A stretch of 64,000 bases of DNA from Candidatus Krumholzibacteriota bacterium (GTDB lineage: Bacteria > Krumholzibacteriota > Krumholzibacteriia > JAJRXK01), in assembly GCA_963764625.1 (NCBI GenBank), contig CAVXTH010000009.1, forward strand, positions 512,001 through 576,000. The letters run 5' to 3'. This document shows, piece after piece, positions 20,445 to 31,137 of this stretch. Every line of letters begins with the position of its first letter. Position 1 is the stretch's first letter. Both the position numbers and the translations under genes were made by a program. The notes under the pieces are model-generated. The model searched no databases and was not told where the DNA came from. It saw only the letters and a program-made list of their open reading frames with translations.

Positions 20445-20552
20445 GGGTCAGAGGGAGGGGCTACGAGGCGGAACTCGGCCCGCGAAATGGGGGAGAGGCT
20501 CGGCTCCGGCGGCAGAAGTGGATGACACCGATCCAGCCCGATTTGAGGCCGG

Positions 20553-21764
20553 TCAGGGCTTAACCGGAGGTGGCTGCGGCGGGCGCGCCGCGAGTGCAAA
20601 CGCCGCGCCCAAGAGGAAGTAGAGCAGCATTTCGACCTCGTCGTCGGTCTGATAGACCTGGAACAGGCCGGCGACGGAAATGCCGGCCTGACAGGCCACC
20701 GCGCCCACCAGAATCCAGGCCGGACCCGAGATACCACGACGGGCTTTCCACAAGAGGACCATGCTCAGGATGAGAAGGACGAGTGCGGCAAGAAGTCCCA
20801 AAAGGCCCGCATTGACCCCATGCATGAGGAAGTCATTATGCGAATGGGACTTGGTGTCGTAGAAGCCAGGCACTTCGAAGCGCTGCATCATCGGGCCAAA
20901 GTTGCCCGGCCCGAACCCGAGCCAGGGGCGCGCCACGATTCCGTGCAGCGACGAGCTCCAGAGGTTCCGCCGGGTCGCTTCCGCCCCCGGTTGAAAGAGC
21001 GCGCTCACCCGCTGGGTGAAGGCGGGAGTCAGAAGCGCCACCACCGCCATGGCCGCAATGGGGGCGAGGACCACCCACTTGCGCCGGGTTGGCAGAGCGA
21101 TGGCCAGTACCACGATTCCGATCAGTGCGCCCACCTGGGCGCTGCGCGCAAAGGACAAGAGCAGTGCCAAACCGGTGAGAATCACCGCGCTAATCGAGAG
21201 GGCGCGCTCGATCCCCCAGCGCCTCTGGCCCAAGAAAGCCCATGAGGACGCGACGATGAACAGCAACATGACGTGACCACCGTAGGTGAGGTGATGGCCG
21301 AAGAAGGCCACCGACATGTACTGTCCGTCGGTCATGGGCGCAGCTCGGTGGTGCCACCAGTCGATTCCACTGAAATGTTGCCAGATCCCGTAGACCGCGA
21401 CCGCGGCCCCGACGCTCAAGAGGAGCTTCACGGCTCGCTCGACGTGTTGACTCTGTCCGAATGAGGCCAGAGGCACCGAAACGAGCAGCAGTTTGAGCCA
21501 CATTTCGCCCAGGAGCTTTCCCCAGTTGCTGGGATAGGGCGCCGCGAACAGAGTCGCCAAGACGTGGGCCAAATAGTAGGCCAAGAGGGCGGCCGCGATC
21601 GCGCGCGGCACGGCTCCGTGTGGCCGGGGATGAAAGGACCAGCGCAGCAGAGCCGCGGCGGCGAGGGCTCCGGCGGAGATCGAGCCGACGGCGACCGAGA
21701 GGGGGGCGCTGAGGGCGAACGCATAGATTGGCAGCAAGAAGAGAAAGAACCACCGGGATCTCAT
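20553..21764 (-). CDS. O-antigen ligase/polymerase (Wzy_C) family membrane protein
   Basis: Multi-TM; SFARSAQVG, RRNLW, PWLGFGPGNF, HSHNDFL. Its ATG overlaps the gmhA stop (ATGA). Confidence 0.88.
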   Translation of the reverse strand: MRSRWFFLFLLPIYAFALSAPLSVAVGSISAGALAAAALLRWSFHPRPHGAVPRAIAAALLAYYLAHVLATLFAAPYPSNWGKLLGEMWLKLLLVSVPLASFGQSQHVERAVKLLLSVGAAVAVYGIWQHFSGIDWWHHRAAPMTDGQYMSVAFFGHHLTYGGHVMLLFIVASSWAFLGQRRWGIERALSISAVILTGLALLLSFARSAQVGALIGIVVLAIALPTRRKWVVLAPIAAMAVVALLTPAFTQRVSALFQPGAEATRRNLWSSSLHGIVARPWLGFGPGNFGPMMQRFEVPGFYDTKSHSHNDFLMHGVNAGLLGLLAALVLLILSMVLLWKARRGISGPAWILVGAVACQAGISVAGLFQVYQTDDEVEMLLYFLLGAAFALAARPPQPPPVKP

Positions 21765-22363
21765 CGTGTGGAATCGCCGTGAAGTTCTCTCTCGAGCCAT
21801 CCGCAGAGAATGTGACCCACCAGGATGTGACATTCCTGAACCCGTGCGGTGTTCGAACTGGGGACCATCAGGAGCAGATCACAGAGTCCCCGGCTGGCCA
21901 TTTTTCCGCCGCCCGACCCGGTCATCCCCAGACGGCAGAGACCCCTTTCCTTGGCCACCTCGAGAGCGCGGAGCACGTTGGGACTGTTACCGCTGGTCGA
22001 GATGGCCAGGGCGACGTCCCCTTCACGGGCACGCCCTAGGAGTTGACGCGCGAAGATCTCGTCGAAACCGTAGTCGTTGCCGATCGCGGTGAGCGCGCTG
22101 GAATTCACGGTCAGAGCCTCGGCCGCGAGCGGCGGGCGTTCGTGTTCGAAGCGGCCGCTGAGCTCGGCCGCGATGTGCTGCGCGTCCGCGGCGCTGCCCC
22201 CGTTTCCGAAGGCCAGGAGCGAACCACCCCCGCGCAGCGACTCGGTGACGGCTTGCGCCATCGCCGCGATGACCCGGGCTTGTCCGAGCAGAGCTTCCTT
22301 CACTTCGATGCTGGAGTGGATTCCCTGCCGAACCAAGTCGAAATCGAGTTCAGAGCTACTCAC
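21761..22363 (-). CDS. gmhA: Phosphoheptose isomerase
   Basis: GNGGSAADAQHIAAEL, NDYGFDEIFARQ, ISTSGNSPN, ARVQECH. Confidence 0.95.
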   Translation of the reverse strand: MSSSELDFDLVRQGIHSSIEVKEALLGQARVIAAMAQAVTESLRGGGSLLAFGNGGSAADAQHIAAELSGRFEHERPPLAAEALTVNSSALTAIGNDYGFDEIFARQLLGRAREGDVALAISTSGNSPNVLRALEVAKERGLCRLGMTGSGGGKMASRGLCDLLLMVPSSNTARVQECHILVGHILCGWLERELHGDSTR

Positions 22364-22489
22364 GCTGAAACTCCTGGTGGGATACGGGGGGAGAGGTACG
22401 CGGCGTCGCTGTGAACTTAGCCGCAGCCGGAGTTCTGGACAAGCACGGGGGCGTCGTCCCGCTTGAACCCTGCCGTCGCATGCGCCAAG

Positions 22490-23332
22490 ATGCCAGCCAT
22501 GCCCACACGACTTCGGCTCCAGGACTTCGCCGACTGGACCCGCTACTATCGCGAATATCAGATCCGCTTGGCCACGGATTACCTCTTGCCCTGTCTGCGC
22601 CGCTGGGGCCGCTGGAGTCCGGGAGTTCGCATTCTCGACGTGGGCTGCGGAGACGGTGGGGCGGTGATCGGCCTGGCGCGAGCGGGGGCGCGCCTGAGTG
22701 GACTCGAAATCGATCCACGGCGCCTGCACGGGGCCCTACAGCAGGTGGAAGCGGAGAAGCTAGAGGTGCAGCTCGCGGTGGCCGACGTCACCGACGCGAA
22801 GAGTCTGGAAGTGCTAGGCGGGCCCTTCGATCTGATCCTGTTTCGCGACGTCCTGGAGCACATTCCGCGGCGTGGCCAGGCTCTGGCCAATTGCCGCGCG
22901 CTGCTGGCTGACCGAGGGGGAATCGTGGTGGTCTTCCCTCCCTACTACTCACCCTTCGGAGGACACCAACAGCTCCTGCACCCCAAGGCCCGGCTCGGGA
23001 TTCCCTTCGCGCGCTTGCCCTGGGCGCATTGTCTCCCGCGGAATCTCTTTCGCAGCCTGGCGCGAGGTGACGACGGAGCGGACGATCCGCAGTGGGAGGA
23101 GATCGAGACCATTCACGCAGCCCGGCTCACTCTCTCCTCGCTGAGGAAGACGGCAAAGGAGGCGGGGCTTCGCGTGGCGCGCGCGCACCACTACTTGCTA
23201 CGTCCCAGCTTCGCCTTGCGGTATGGCACGCCGGTGCTGGGGGTGGGAGTCCTTGGCGCTGTTCCCTTGCTTCGAGAAGTTCTCGTCACTGGAAGCTACC
23301 AGTATCTGGAAGTCGACGAGAGCTCGCTCTGA
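22490..23332 (+). CDS. Class I SAM-dependent methyltransferase
   Basis: ILDVGCGDGG, FDLILFRDVLEHI, FPPYYSPFGGH. Confidence 0.88.
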   Translation: MPAMPTRLRLQDFADWTRYYREYQIRLATDYLLPCLRRWGRWSPGVRILDVGCGDGGAVIGLARAGARLSGLEIDPRRLHGALQQVEAEKLEVQLAVADVTDAKSLEVLGGPFDLILFRDVLEHIPRRGQALANCRALLADRGGIVVVFPPYYSPFGGHQQLLHPKARLGIPFARLPWAHCLPRNLFRSLARGDDGADDPQWEEIETIHAARLTLSSLRKTAKEAGLRVARAHHYLLRPSFALRYGTPVLGVGVLGAVPLLREVLVTGSYQYLEVDESSL

Positions 23333-23373
23333 GGAGGATTCCCAGGGTACGCTCACCCAGTATCTGAAACCGG

Positions 23374-23856
23374 CTACTTCTTGACTTTGAGCTCATCGAG
23401 CTTCTCGAGAATCTGCTCGGCGTGCCGTCCCACGTCGGGCTTCTTCCAGATGTGCTGGATGCGGCCATCCTTGTCCAAAAGGAAAGTGCTCCGCTTGATC
23501 CCGAAAGTTTTCTTCCCGTACATGTTCTTCTCACCCCAGGCGCCGTATTTCTCGGCAATCTTGTGTCCGGGGTCGCAGAGGAGGGGGAAGGGGAGCTTGA
23601 ATTTCTCTCGGAATTTCGCGTGGCTCTCCGCATCGTCCGGTGAGACTCCGTATACCTTGATACGACGCCGCTTCAGTTCGGCCCAATTGTCCCGGAGCGA
23701 ACACGCTTCCTTGGTGCAGCCGGGCGTATCATCCTTGGGGTAGAAATAGATGACTGCCTGCTTGCCCACGATGTCCCTGTTCAAAGAAACACTCGTCCCG
23801 TCGGTGTCCTTCGCGGTGAACGCGGGCGCCTTGCCTCCGATCGTCAATTCCGTCAT
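23374..23856 (-). CDS. bcp: Thioredoxin-dependent peroxiredoxin Bcp/PrxQ
   Basis: YFYPKDDTPGCTKEACSLRD. Confidence 0.95.
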   Translation of the reverse strand: MTELTIGGKAPAFTAKDTDGTSVSLNRDIVGKQAVIYFYPKDDTPGCTKEACSLRDNWAELKRRRIKVYGVSPDDAESHAKFREKFKLPFPLLCDPGHKIAEKYGAWGEKNMYGKKTFGIKRSTFLLDKDGRIQHIWKKPDVGRHAEQILEKLDELKVKK

Positions 23857-23996
23857 CGTGATGCCTCCATAGAGTGGGAATTCAGCACGCATGATATGGC
23901 CAAGCGCTCATCCCGGCCACACCGCGGGGCGCCGAGAGGTGCTTCCCTCGATCGATGCTTGCTGGATCGTCGGCAAATCTCTACGCTAGCAGCGTC

Positions 23997-24371
23997 ATGA
24001 GTGTACCCAAGAGCGAACCCGCGATCCGCGTGATGATGATGCCGCGCGACACCAACGCGCACGGCACCATTTTCGGCGGGATCATTCTCTCCTACATCGA
24101 CCAGGCGGGAGCGGTGGCGGCGCACCGAGCTGGGTGCCACAAAGTGGTGACTGTCGCCATGGATCAGATCGAATTCCACGAGCCGGTGCAGGTGGGGGAC
24201 CTCGTCAGTTTCTATGCCGAGGTGGAGCGAATCGGCCGGACCTCGATCACAGTGGTGGTGCGGGTGCACGCCCAAGGCAGCGACTTTCGTAAGTCGGTCC
24301 TGGTGACCGAAGCCCGCGTGGTCTACGTCAACGTCGGCGAAGATCAGCGCCCGCAAGCAATCGAGCAGTAG
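23997..24371 (+). CDS. Hotdog-fold acyl-CoA thioesterase (YciA-like)
   Basis: MPRDTNAHGTIFGG, DQAG, IGRTSI. Confidence 0.92.
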   Translation: MSVPKSEPAIRVMMMPRDTNAHGTIFGGIILSYIDQAGAVAAHRAGCHKVVTVAMDQIEFHEPVQVGDLVSFYAEVERIGRTSITVVVRVHAQGSDFRKSVLVTEARVVYVNVGEDQRPQAIEQ

Positions 24372-24390
24372 GACGCACTTCAAATTTCAC

Positions 24391-25860
24391 TCAGTGAAAT
24401 CCCACCTCGTCGTTCTCCCGCACCGTCACCGTGCCGTACTTGGCCAGGACGTCTTTCACCTCGCTGGCCACTCCGATGCAGGTGAAGGACAAGTTCTCTT
24501 CCGGATACCATTTCCCGATCGCCGCGTTGCAATCGCTTAGGGTGACTCCGTCCAGAGACGTGAAAAACCCATCCACGAACTCGCGGCCCAGCCCGTAGGC
24601 GGAGATGAGACAGAGAGTGTGGGCCAGTGAGCCGTTCGATTCGTAGCGGTAGGGGGTCTGACCCTTCAGATAGGCCCTGGCCGACTCGAGTTCCTCCGCG
24701 CTGATTCCCTGCTCGTGAAGACGCTTCAGAGTCTGAAGAGCCAGGTCGATGGCCTCGGCGGTGGTCTCCTTCGCCGTGAAGGAGGCAATGGCTGCCGACC
24801 CGGCCTGGCGCCTCCGGTCGATCGTATACCCCGCGCCGTAGGAGAGGCCGCTCTCGATGCGAAGTTTGGTGTTCAGCCAGGAAGTGAACCGTCCCCCGAA
24901 GACGGTGCGCACGAGCTCGACCGCCGCGAAGTCGGGGTCGCTCCAGCTGGGGCCCAGATTGCCAATGCGGAACCAGGTCTGCGGCGTATCGGGCTTGTTC
25001 ACCAGCAACACCTCACGGCCCTTGGCGGGTGTGGGCGGGGGAATCTTCGTGACCGGAACGCGCGCGGCCGGCATCGACGAGAAGGACTTCTCCACCGCCA
25101 GTGCGACCGCGTCCATTTTGAAGTCACCCACCACGGCCAAGATGGCGCGATCGGCGCCGTAGTGGTCGCGATAGAACGAGCGAACCGTCTTTGCGTTCAC
25201 TCCCTGAAGGCTCGTCTCCGTTCCCTCAGTGGGCCGGCCGTAGGGATGGTCCTTGAAGAGATGCGCGTCATGATACTCGGTGAGCACGAAACGAGGATTG
25301 TCTTTGGCCTGACTCACGCCCTCGGACATCTGCTGCGCTAGCTTGCTCACTTCGTTCGCTTCGAAACGAGGCCGCAGGACCGCGTCCGAAAACAGCGCCA
25401 GGCCATCCTCGAAGTCCTTGGTCAGGCACTGGAAGGAGATACTGGTGCGATCGTGATCGAGGTCGGTGTCGAGCGTGGCTCCAAGGAAGTCCAGCGCCTC
25501 GGCGAAGGCGGCGGCGTCACGATCGCCGGCTCCCTTGCGGAGAGCTTCGGCGCACAGTGCAGCCAATCCTGCATGAGACGGAGGATCGGCCGCCGAACCA
25601 TCCTGAATCCACAGCTCGAAGTTCACCAGAGGAACCTCGCCGTGTTTCATGAGCAAGAGCGTCAGCCCATTGTCCAGAATGCGAGTCTCATACTCCGGGA
25701 GTTTCAAGCGGGGGGACGTCGTTTGCGCACGACTCACGGATGGCATGAGCGAGGGGAATGAGCCGAGTTGCAGGACCAGAACGAACACCACGAGGGCCAG
25801 AAGGGCAGAATGGAAGGACATCGGCAACAGCCGAGCAAAAAGTCTTTCAGTTCTTGTCAT
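24391..25860 (-). CDS. M16 peptidase, non-catalytic subunit
   Basis: LDNGL, GLAAL (no HxxEH), GGRFTSWL..KLR..GLSYG. Confidence 0.9.
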   Translation of the reverse strand: MTRTERLFARLLPMSFHSALLALVVFVLVLQLGSFPSLMPSVSRAQTTSPRLKLPEYETRILDNGLTLLLMKHGEVPLVNFELWIQDGSAADPPSHAGLAALCAEALRKGAGDRDAAAFAEALDFLGATLDTDLDHDRTSISFQCLTKDFEDGLALFSDAVLRPRFEANEVSKLAQQMSEGVSQAKDNPRFVLTEYHDAHLFKDHPYGRPTEGTETSLQGVNAKTVRSFYRDHYGADRAILAVVGDFKMDAVALAVEKSFSSMPAARVPVTKIPPPTPAKGREVLLVNKPDTPQTWFRIGNLGPSWSDPDFAAVELVRTVFGGRFTSWLNTKLRIESGLSYGAGYTIDRRRQAGSAAIASFTAKETTAEAIDLALQTLKRLHEQGISAEELESARAYLKGQTPYRYESNGSLAHTLCLISAYGLGREFVDGFFTSLDGVTLSDCNAAIGKWYPEENLSFTCIGVASEVKDVLAKYGTVTVRENDEVGFH

Positions 25861-27238
25861 CGTCTTGCTCCGCTTCGCTCGGGATGAGGGTGACCACGGT
25901 CCGGTTGTCCTGAGTCAGGTACTGGGCGGCCACGCGCTTCAGATCGTCGATGCTCACTTTCTGGTAGTCTTGGGCCGCGTTGAAGAGGTGGCTCCACCCG
26001 CCGTGGAACATCTCGTAATCGCCCAGCGACTGGGCCTTTCCGCTCAGAGTGGAGAGCTCGCGGTAGAAATCGGCCAAGAGGATGTTCTTGGCCTTGGCCA
26101 GTTCGCGCTCCTGGATTCCCTCGCTAGCTACCCGCCCGATCTCCTCGTAGAGCGCCTGCTCGACCTCATCGCTCGTCGCTCCCTTTCTCACTTCCGCGAA
26201 GAGAACGTAGAGAGTGGGGTCGAAGGCCTCGCCCAGGTCTCCCCAGATCGAGAGGGCGCTCTGGTCCTGGTCCACGAGACGGCGGTAGAGCCGAGAGCTC
26301 TCGCCGTTCGTGAGGATGAGATCGAGAAGTCGCAGAGCCGGATAGTCCTCGCTGTCGGCCTGCGGAACGTGCCAGCCCGCGGCCACGCTCGCCAGCTGCG
26401 CTTCCTTGCGCAAGACGACACGCCGTTCTCCTTGCTGCTCGGGCTCGACCGTCACGACGTCCCGGCCGATCTCGCGGGCCGGGATGACGCCCAGTTTCTC
26501 GCGCAAGATGGGCAGCACTTCGTCGGGGTCGAAGGCGCCCACCAGAACCATCGTGGCGTTGTTCGGCGCGTAGAAGCGCCGGTGAAACGTCTCGAGATCC
26601 TCCTGGCGCCAGTTCTCGATGTCGCTGCGCCATCCGATGACGGGCCATTGGTAGGGGTGGGCGGTGAAGGCCGCGGCCCACAGCTGGATCAGCATGAGCC
26701 GGGAGTTGGAATCCTCGATGCTGCGGCGCCGCTCGCTCATCACCACTCCCCGTTCACTCTGGACCACCTTGGGATCGATGGACAGCGCGGCGATGCGATC
26801 TGCCTCGAGATCAATCGTGGTGGCGAGCGCGCTGGCGGGAATCCAATCCTGATAGACCGTGAGATTCCGGCTGGTGTAGGCATTGTTGGCTCCGCCCGCG
26901 GCTTCCATGGTGCGGTCGAAGGCGCCCGGCGGGTAGTGCTTGGAGCCGTTGAACATCATGTGCTCGAAGAAGTGGGCCAGGCCGGTGATGCCCGGAGCCT
27001 CGTTGCGGCTGCCGACGTGCCAGAAGGTGTAGATCGAGAGATTGGGGATGCTCTCTACCGGCCACAAAATGACTCTCATGCCGTTGTCCAGCACGTGTTC
27101 CTGGATCTCCGCCGGCGGGTCCGCCGCGCGGGCGACTGAGCCGGGAATCAAAACCGACAAGAAAGCACCCACGAGCGATCCCAGGAGAAGGCACCGCGGA
27201 TGTCGAACGAAGGGCAGCGGACGGGGCAGGAACATCAT
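25847..27238 (-). CDS. M16 zinc peptidase, catalytic subunit
   Basis: VGSRNE..GITGLAHFFEHMMFNGS (HxxEH), NAYT, FYAPNNA. Start uncertain. Confidence 0.92.
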   Translation of the reverse strand: MMFLPRPLPFVRHPRCLLLGSLVGAFLSVLIPGSVARAADPPAEIQEHVLDNGMRVILWPVESIPNLSIYTFWHVGSRNEAPGITGLAHFFEHMMFNGSKHYPPGAFDRTMEAAGGANNAYTSRNLTVYQDWIPASALATTIDLEADRIAALSIDPKVVQSERGVVMSERRRSIEDSNSRLMLIQLWAAAFTAHPYQWPVIGWRSDIENWRQEDLETFHRRFYAPNNATMVLVGAFDPDEVLPILREKLGVIPAREIGRDVVTVEPEQQGERRVVLRKEAQLASVAAGWHVPQADSEDYPALRLLDLILTNGESSRLYRRLVDQDQSALSIWGDLGEAFDPTLYVLFAEVRKGATSDEVEQALYEEIGRVASEGIQERELAKAKNILLADFYRELSTLSGKAQSLGDYEMFHGGWSHLFNAAQDYQKVSIDDLKRVAAQYLTQDNRTVVTLIPSEAEQDDDKN

Positions 27239-27539
27239 GCGACCTCTTGCTTGAGCTCTGGCTATCCGGCGGGGGAACCGCAAGGACGGGTCTTTTTCCC
27301 GCGCCATGGGTTCGCCAGTGTAGCAGGCATGAGGCGGTGCGACCACGAGCGCTTTCGGCCGGCCACGAGGTGGGCCTCCCTCGGGAGGAACGATCCGACA
27401 TCTATCGCCATCTCAGGGTCTTTCGCGCACCGGGATGACATTTCTCGTAACACCGCTTAGGCTCGAAGCATGCAAGGGAACCGACGCCCCTCTCCGCCGC
27501 GGAGAGACGTTCCCGTCCCTCACCCGGGTCCGAAATCTG

Positions 27540-28481
27540 ATGGAAGTCTCGATTCTCGTCTGTACGTTCAATCGCTCGAAGAGCCTGAGGCGGATGCTCG
27601 AGAGCTTCGTGCGACTCAAAGTGGAGCCCGGCCTGCGCTGGCAAGTGGTCGTGATCGACAACGCTTCCACCGACGAGACTCCGGCCACGATCGCCGCGTT
27701 CCAACGGCGTCTCCCCCTGGTCGCCGGCAGGGAGGAAAAACAGGGTAAGAGTCACGCTCTAAACAGCGGCCTCGATCTCTGCGATGGACGCATCATCCTG
27801 CTCACCGACGACGACGTCGAGGTCGACCCGGAATGGCTTGCCGCGACCCTCGCGGCCTTCCGCTCGCAGCCGGTGGACGCGGTCTTCGGCCGGATTTTGC
27901 CCCGGTGGCCGCAGGTGGCTCCCCCCTGGTACTCCTCGCGCCTCGATCCCGCGCTCGCTCTCTTGGACCTGGGCTCTAAGCCCTTCGATCTGAGAATCGG
28001 CGACGACAGCTTCTTCGGGGCCAACGCCGCCATCCTCAAGGATACCGTGAATCAACTGGGACGCTGGTCCGTCACCTTGAATCGAGCGGGAACCGAGCTC
28101 TTGATGGGGGAAGACAGCGAGATGTGCGACCGCATCCTGCGGGCGGGCCGGCGCGTGTACTACCAGCCGGAGAGCGTGGTGCTTCACTGCTTCGACACCC
28201 GCCGGACCCATCTCAACTACTTTCGGCGCTGGTTCTTTGCCCACGGCCAGAGCGCGGTCCTGCGCGGGGTTCAGTTTCCCGCGGATGGCCCTTCGCTTTG
28301 GGGCGTCCCGCGCTATCTCTATCGCCAAGCCGCCGAGTACGCGCTGGCGAGCGCGTGGCGCTGGTTATTTCGTTCGCGGGCCGAGGCGTTCGCGCACGAG
28401 ACCAGATTCTGGGGTATCCTGGGGGCGATGGCCCAGCATCGCCGCAATCGAACCACTACAAACGAGGATGAGTCTCGCTGA
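27540..28481 (+). CDS. Glycosyltransferase family 2
   Basis: SILVCTFNR, VIDNASTD, LTDDD, GED. Confidence 0.92.
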   Translation: MEVSILVCTFNRSKSLRRMLESFVRLKVEPGLRWQVVVIDNASTDETPATIAAFQRRLPLVAGREEKQGKSHALNSGLDLCDGRIILLTDDDVEVDPEWLAATLAAFRSQPVDAVFGRILPRWPQVAPPWYSSRLDPALALLDLGSKPFDLRIGDDSFFGANAAILKDTVNQLGRWSVTLNRAGTELLMGEDSEMCDRILRAGRRVYYQPESVVLHCFDTRRTHLNYFRRWFFAHGQSAVLRGVQFPADGPSLWGVPRYLYRQAAEYALASAWRWLFRSRAEAFAHETRFWGILGAMAQHRRNRTTTNEDESR

Positions 28482-28514
28482 GGAGAGTCCGGGAAGGACG
28501 CGATCGAGGTCGGC

Positions 28515-29495
28515 ATGGATATCAGTGTGATCATTCCCAGCTACAATCGGGCTCATCTCATCGCCGAGACCCTTCAAAGCGTCTTGGGGCAGAGCCTGCC
28601 TCCGCGGGAGATCATCGTGGTGGATGACGGCTCGACCGACGATACGGCGGACGTGCTCGCGCCATTCGGCGACGCGGTGCGCTACGAGAGAATCGAAAAC
28701 GGAGGAGTCTGCCGGGCTCGCAACCACGGATTCTCCTTGAGCCGCTGCCCGTGGATCGCCCTCTGCGACAGCGACGACCTCTGGACAAAAGGGCATCTCC
28801 AACTGCACGCGGAATTGAGGCAGGAGCATGGCGAGGTCCCGTTTTCCTTCTCGAATTTTCGGATCATCAAGGAAGGGATCTGGGAGGCAGGCACGAAGTT
28901 CGACGATGCTCCGCCGGGCTACTGGGACGGCGCGGGCGTCATTCACGGGGGTTGGTGGCCGATCTACGACATGTGCGGACGGGTGCTCCGGTTTCAGCCC
29001 GTCTTTCCCTCGACGATCGTCATGTCGCGAGAGCACTTTCAGGCCATCGGGGGTTTCGACCCCCGATTCAGCCGCACTCCTTCGGAAGATTTCGACTTTA
29101 TTCTACGGGCCGTGGAATTCTCGGAGGTGGCGGCGCTTTCGACCCCAACCGTAGGGATTCGGAGGCACGAGTCGAACTTCTCCCGAGATTTGTTGGCGAC
29201 GATTCAGGGGGAGATCGAGATACTCTACCATGCCCGTGACGGCCACTCTACCCAGGCGGACTATTCGGCCATTATCGACGATGAGATCTCCTATCGCAGT
29301 GGAGTCGCGGCCGAGGTCGCCTTCGAACGCGGGGACGTGGAGACCTTTCGCCGGCTGATGCGTGACGTCTCTCGAACGCGGCGTCATTTCAAATTGCAGG
29401 TGAAGAACGCGGTCATGTCTCTTCCCCCTTCCCTCGCGCAGCTTTGTTCTCTCTTCTTGAGTAGTCTCCATTCCCAAAGTCGACCAAGGACCTAA
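28515..29495 (+). CDS. Glycosyltransferase family 2
   Basis: SVIIPSYNR, VVDDGSTD, ARNHG, CDSDD, SEDFDF. Confidence 0.92.
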   Translation: MDISVIIPSYNRAHLIAETLQSVLGQSLPPREIIVVDDGSTDDTADVLAPFGDAVRYERIENGGVCRARNHGFSLSRCPWIALCDSDDLWTKGHLQLHAELRQEHGEVPFSFSNFRIIKEGIWEAGTKFDDAPPGYWDGAGVIHGGWWPIYDMCGRVLRFQPVFPSTIVMSREHFQAIGGFDPRFSRTPSEDFDFILRAVEFSEVAALSTPTVGIRRHESNFSRDLLATIQGEIEILYHARDGHSTQADYSAIIDDEISYRSGVAAEVAFERGDVETFRRLMRDVSRTRRHFKLQVKNAVMSLPPSLAQLCSLFLSSLHSQSRPRT

Positions 29496-31096
29496 TGGAA
29501 GTGGATCGAGCTGACGCCACCCAAATTCGCAGATCTTCGGCACAGGACCCGGGACAACGGTCGTTGACTCGCCGAGTACTCGGCAATCTGCTCGCCAACC
29601 AGGCGGGATTCTTTTTCCCGCTCGTCATCGGCTTCTGGATCGCTCCCTTCATCGTGAGAAACCTGGGAAACAGCATGTACGGCGTGTGGTCGCTCATCGT
29701 GGCCTTCACCGGCCACTACGGGCTCTTCGCGGGGGGGATTCAGAGCGCCACCACCAGATATCTTGCCTATGCCATCGGGCACGACGATCCCGACATGGAG
29801 ACCCGCTACGTGAACGCGGCGCTACGCATCCTTTTGCCGGCCGCGGGACTGTGCGCGCTGGGAGGAGTTCTGGTGGCGATTTTCGGCGCGGACAAGTTCA
29901 ACATTCCGCCCGATCTGCTCGGCTTGGCGCGACAGACGATCGTGGTCGCGTCGATGGCAGTGGGCGCCACTTTCGCCTTCGCCGTCTTCAGCTGCCTTTT
30001 GGTCGCCAACCAGCGCTTCGACACCATGAACGGCATCGCGGTGGGAGGCTTGGTACTGCGGGCGGGTCTCATCGTGATTCTCTTCAAGGCTGGTTTCGGA
30101 ATCCTGGCCCTGGCCTATCTCACGCTGGGAATTGCGGTGGTGACAGGAGTGCTGTACTTCGTCGCCGCGCGCAAGCAAGAACCGAACTGGCGCCTCGATC
30201 TGCGCAAAGCGGATCGCGCTTCGCTTCGAGCCCTGTTCACCTTTGGCGGAAAGTCTCTCATGGGAATCGCGGCCGATCTGCTCCTGACGCAGGCCGACCT
30301 GGTGATCATCGGGCTCTACTTTCCTCCCGAGCGCATCACGATCTACGCGCTGGCGTCCACGATGCTGCGCTATGTCGGGAGCTTCATCAGTGCCATCGTG
30401 CGAGTCGTCGATCCTTACGCGGCCCAGAGCTTCGCTCGCAGCGGCACGAAAGGGGTTCGCACCGTCTTTCTCGAGGGCAGCGTCTTCATGTATACGATGG
30501 GGGCGATTTTGGCCGCGGGGGGCATCATGCTCGGCCAGCCCTTCTTCAGGCTCTGGATCGGGCCCGAATACGGGGAGTGCGGAGTTCTCATGGCCATCCT
30601 GATCTTTCCGCAGATCTTCAATCCCAATTCCCGTCTCGGGTATTCTGTGCTGACCGGCACGGCGCGCATTGGCACCTACAACACGATGCGGGTGAGCTCG
30701 GGAATCCTGAAAGTGGTATTGAGTCTCGTTTTGCTCCACTCGATGGAGATCTACGGCGTGGCAGTTGCGACCCTCGTCGCCTACTTGCTCGTCGATCTCG
30801 TCTGGTTTCCGTCCTACATGAGTCGGGTGTTGAACTACTCCATCCGCCGCCTCTACTTGAAAGCGCTGGGACCCGGGATGATCGTGTTCTTCGCGACTCT
30901 CTTGAGCGCATGGGGGGTGGCTCGAGTGATCGAACCTGTGAGTTGGTACCATTTGGTGCTCAACGCGATCCTGACGACGGCGGGGGGCGTGATCACCGCC
31001 TGGATCGTGCTTCCCAAGGAAGTGGTCGGCGTCGACTGGCGCACGCGCTCCCGAGTGGCCGTCGCGGCGCGGATTCGAACTCTTCTGTCCCGCTGA
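29495..31096 (+). CDS. Wzx/MOP-family polysaccharide flippase
   Basis: About 14 TM segments; PFIVRNLG..YGVW, DLVIIG..F...ITIY, FFRLWIGPEY. Confidence 0.88.
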   Translation: MEVDRADATQIRRSSAQDPGQRSLTRRVLGNLLANQAGFFFPLVIGFWIAPFIVRNLGNSMYGVWSLIVAFTGHYGLFAGGIQSATTRYLAYAIGHDDPDMETRYVNAALRILLPAAGLCALGGVLVAIFGADKFNIPPDLLGLARQTIVVASMAVGATFAFAVFSCLLVANQRFDTMNGIAVGGLVLRAGLIVILFKAGFGILALAYLTLGIAVVTGVLYFVAARKQEPNWRLDLRKADRASLRALFTFGGKSLMGIAADLLLTQADLVIIGLYFPPERITIYALASTMLRYVGSFISAIVRVVDPYAAQSFARSGTKGVRTVFLEGSVFMYTMGAILAAGGIMLGQPFFRLWIGPEYGECGVLMAILIFPQIFNPNSRLGYSVLTGTARIGTYNTMRVSSGILKVVLSLVLLHSMEIYGVAVATLVAYLLVDLVWFPSYMSRVLNYSIRRLYLKALGPGMIVFFATLLSAWGVARVIEPVSWYHLVLNAILTTAGGVITAWIVLPKEVVGVDWRTRSRVAVAARIRTLLSR

Positions 31097-31137
31097 AGCG
31101 ATCGAGCCGCCGGTGGATCGGTCGCAGGTCCCCTTTC

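Noticed and set aside
24391-25860. M16 subunit without HxxEH as a novel pseudoenzyme
   Set aside because: Active plus inactive M16B pairs are a well-known heterodimer arrangement.
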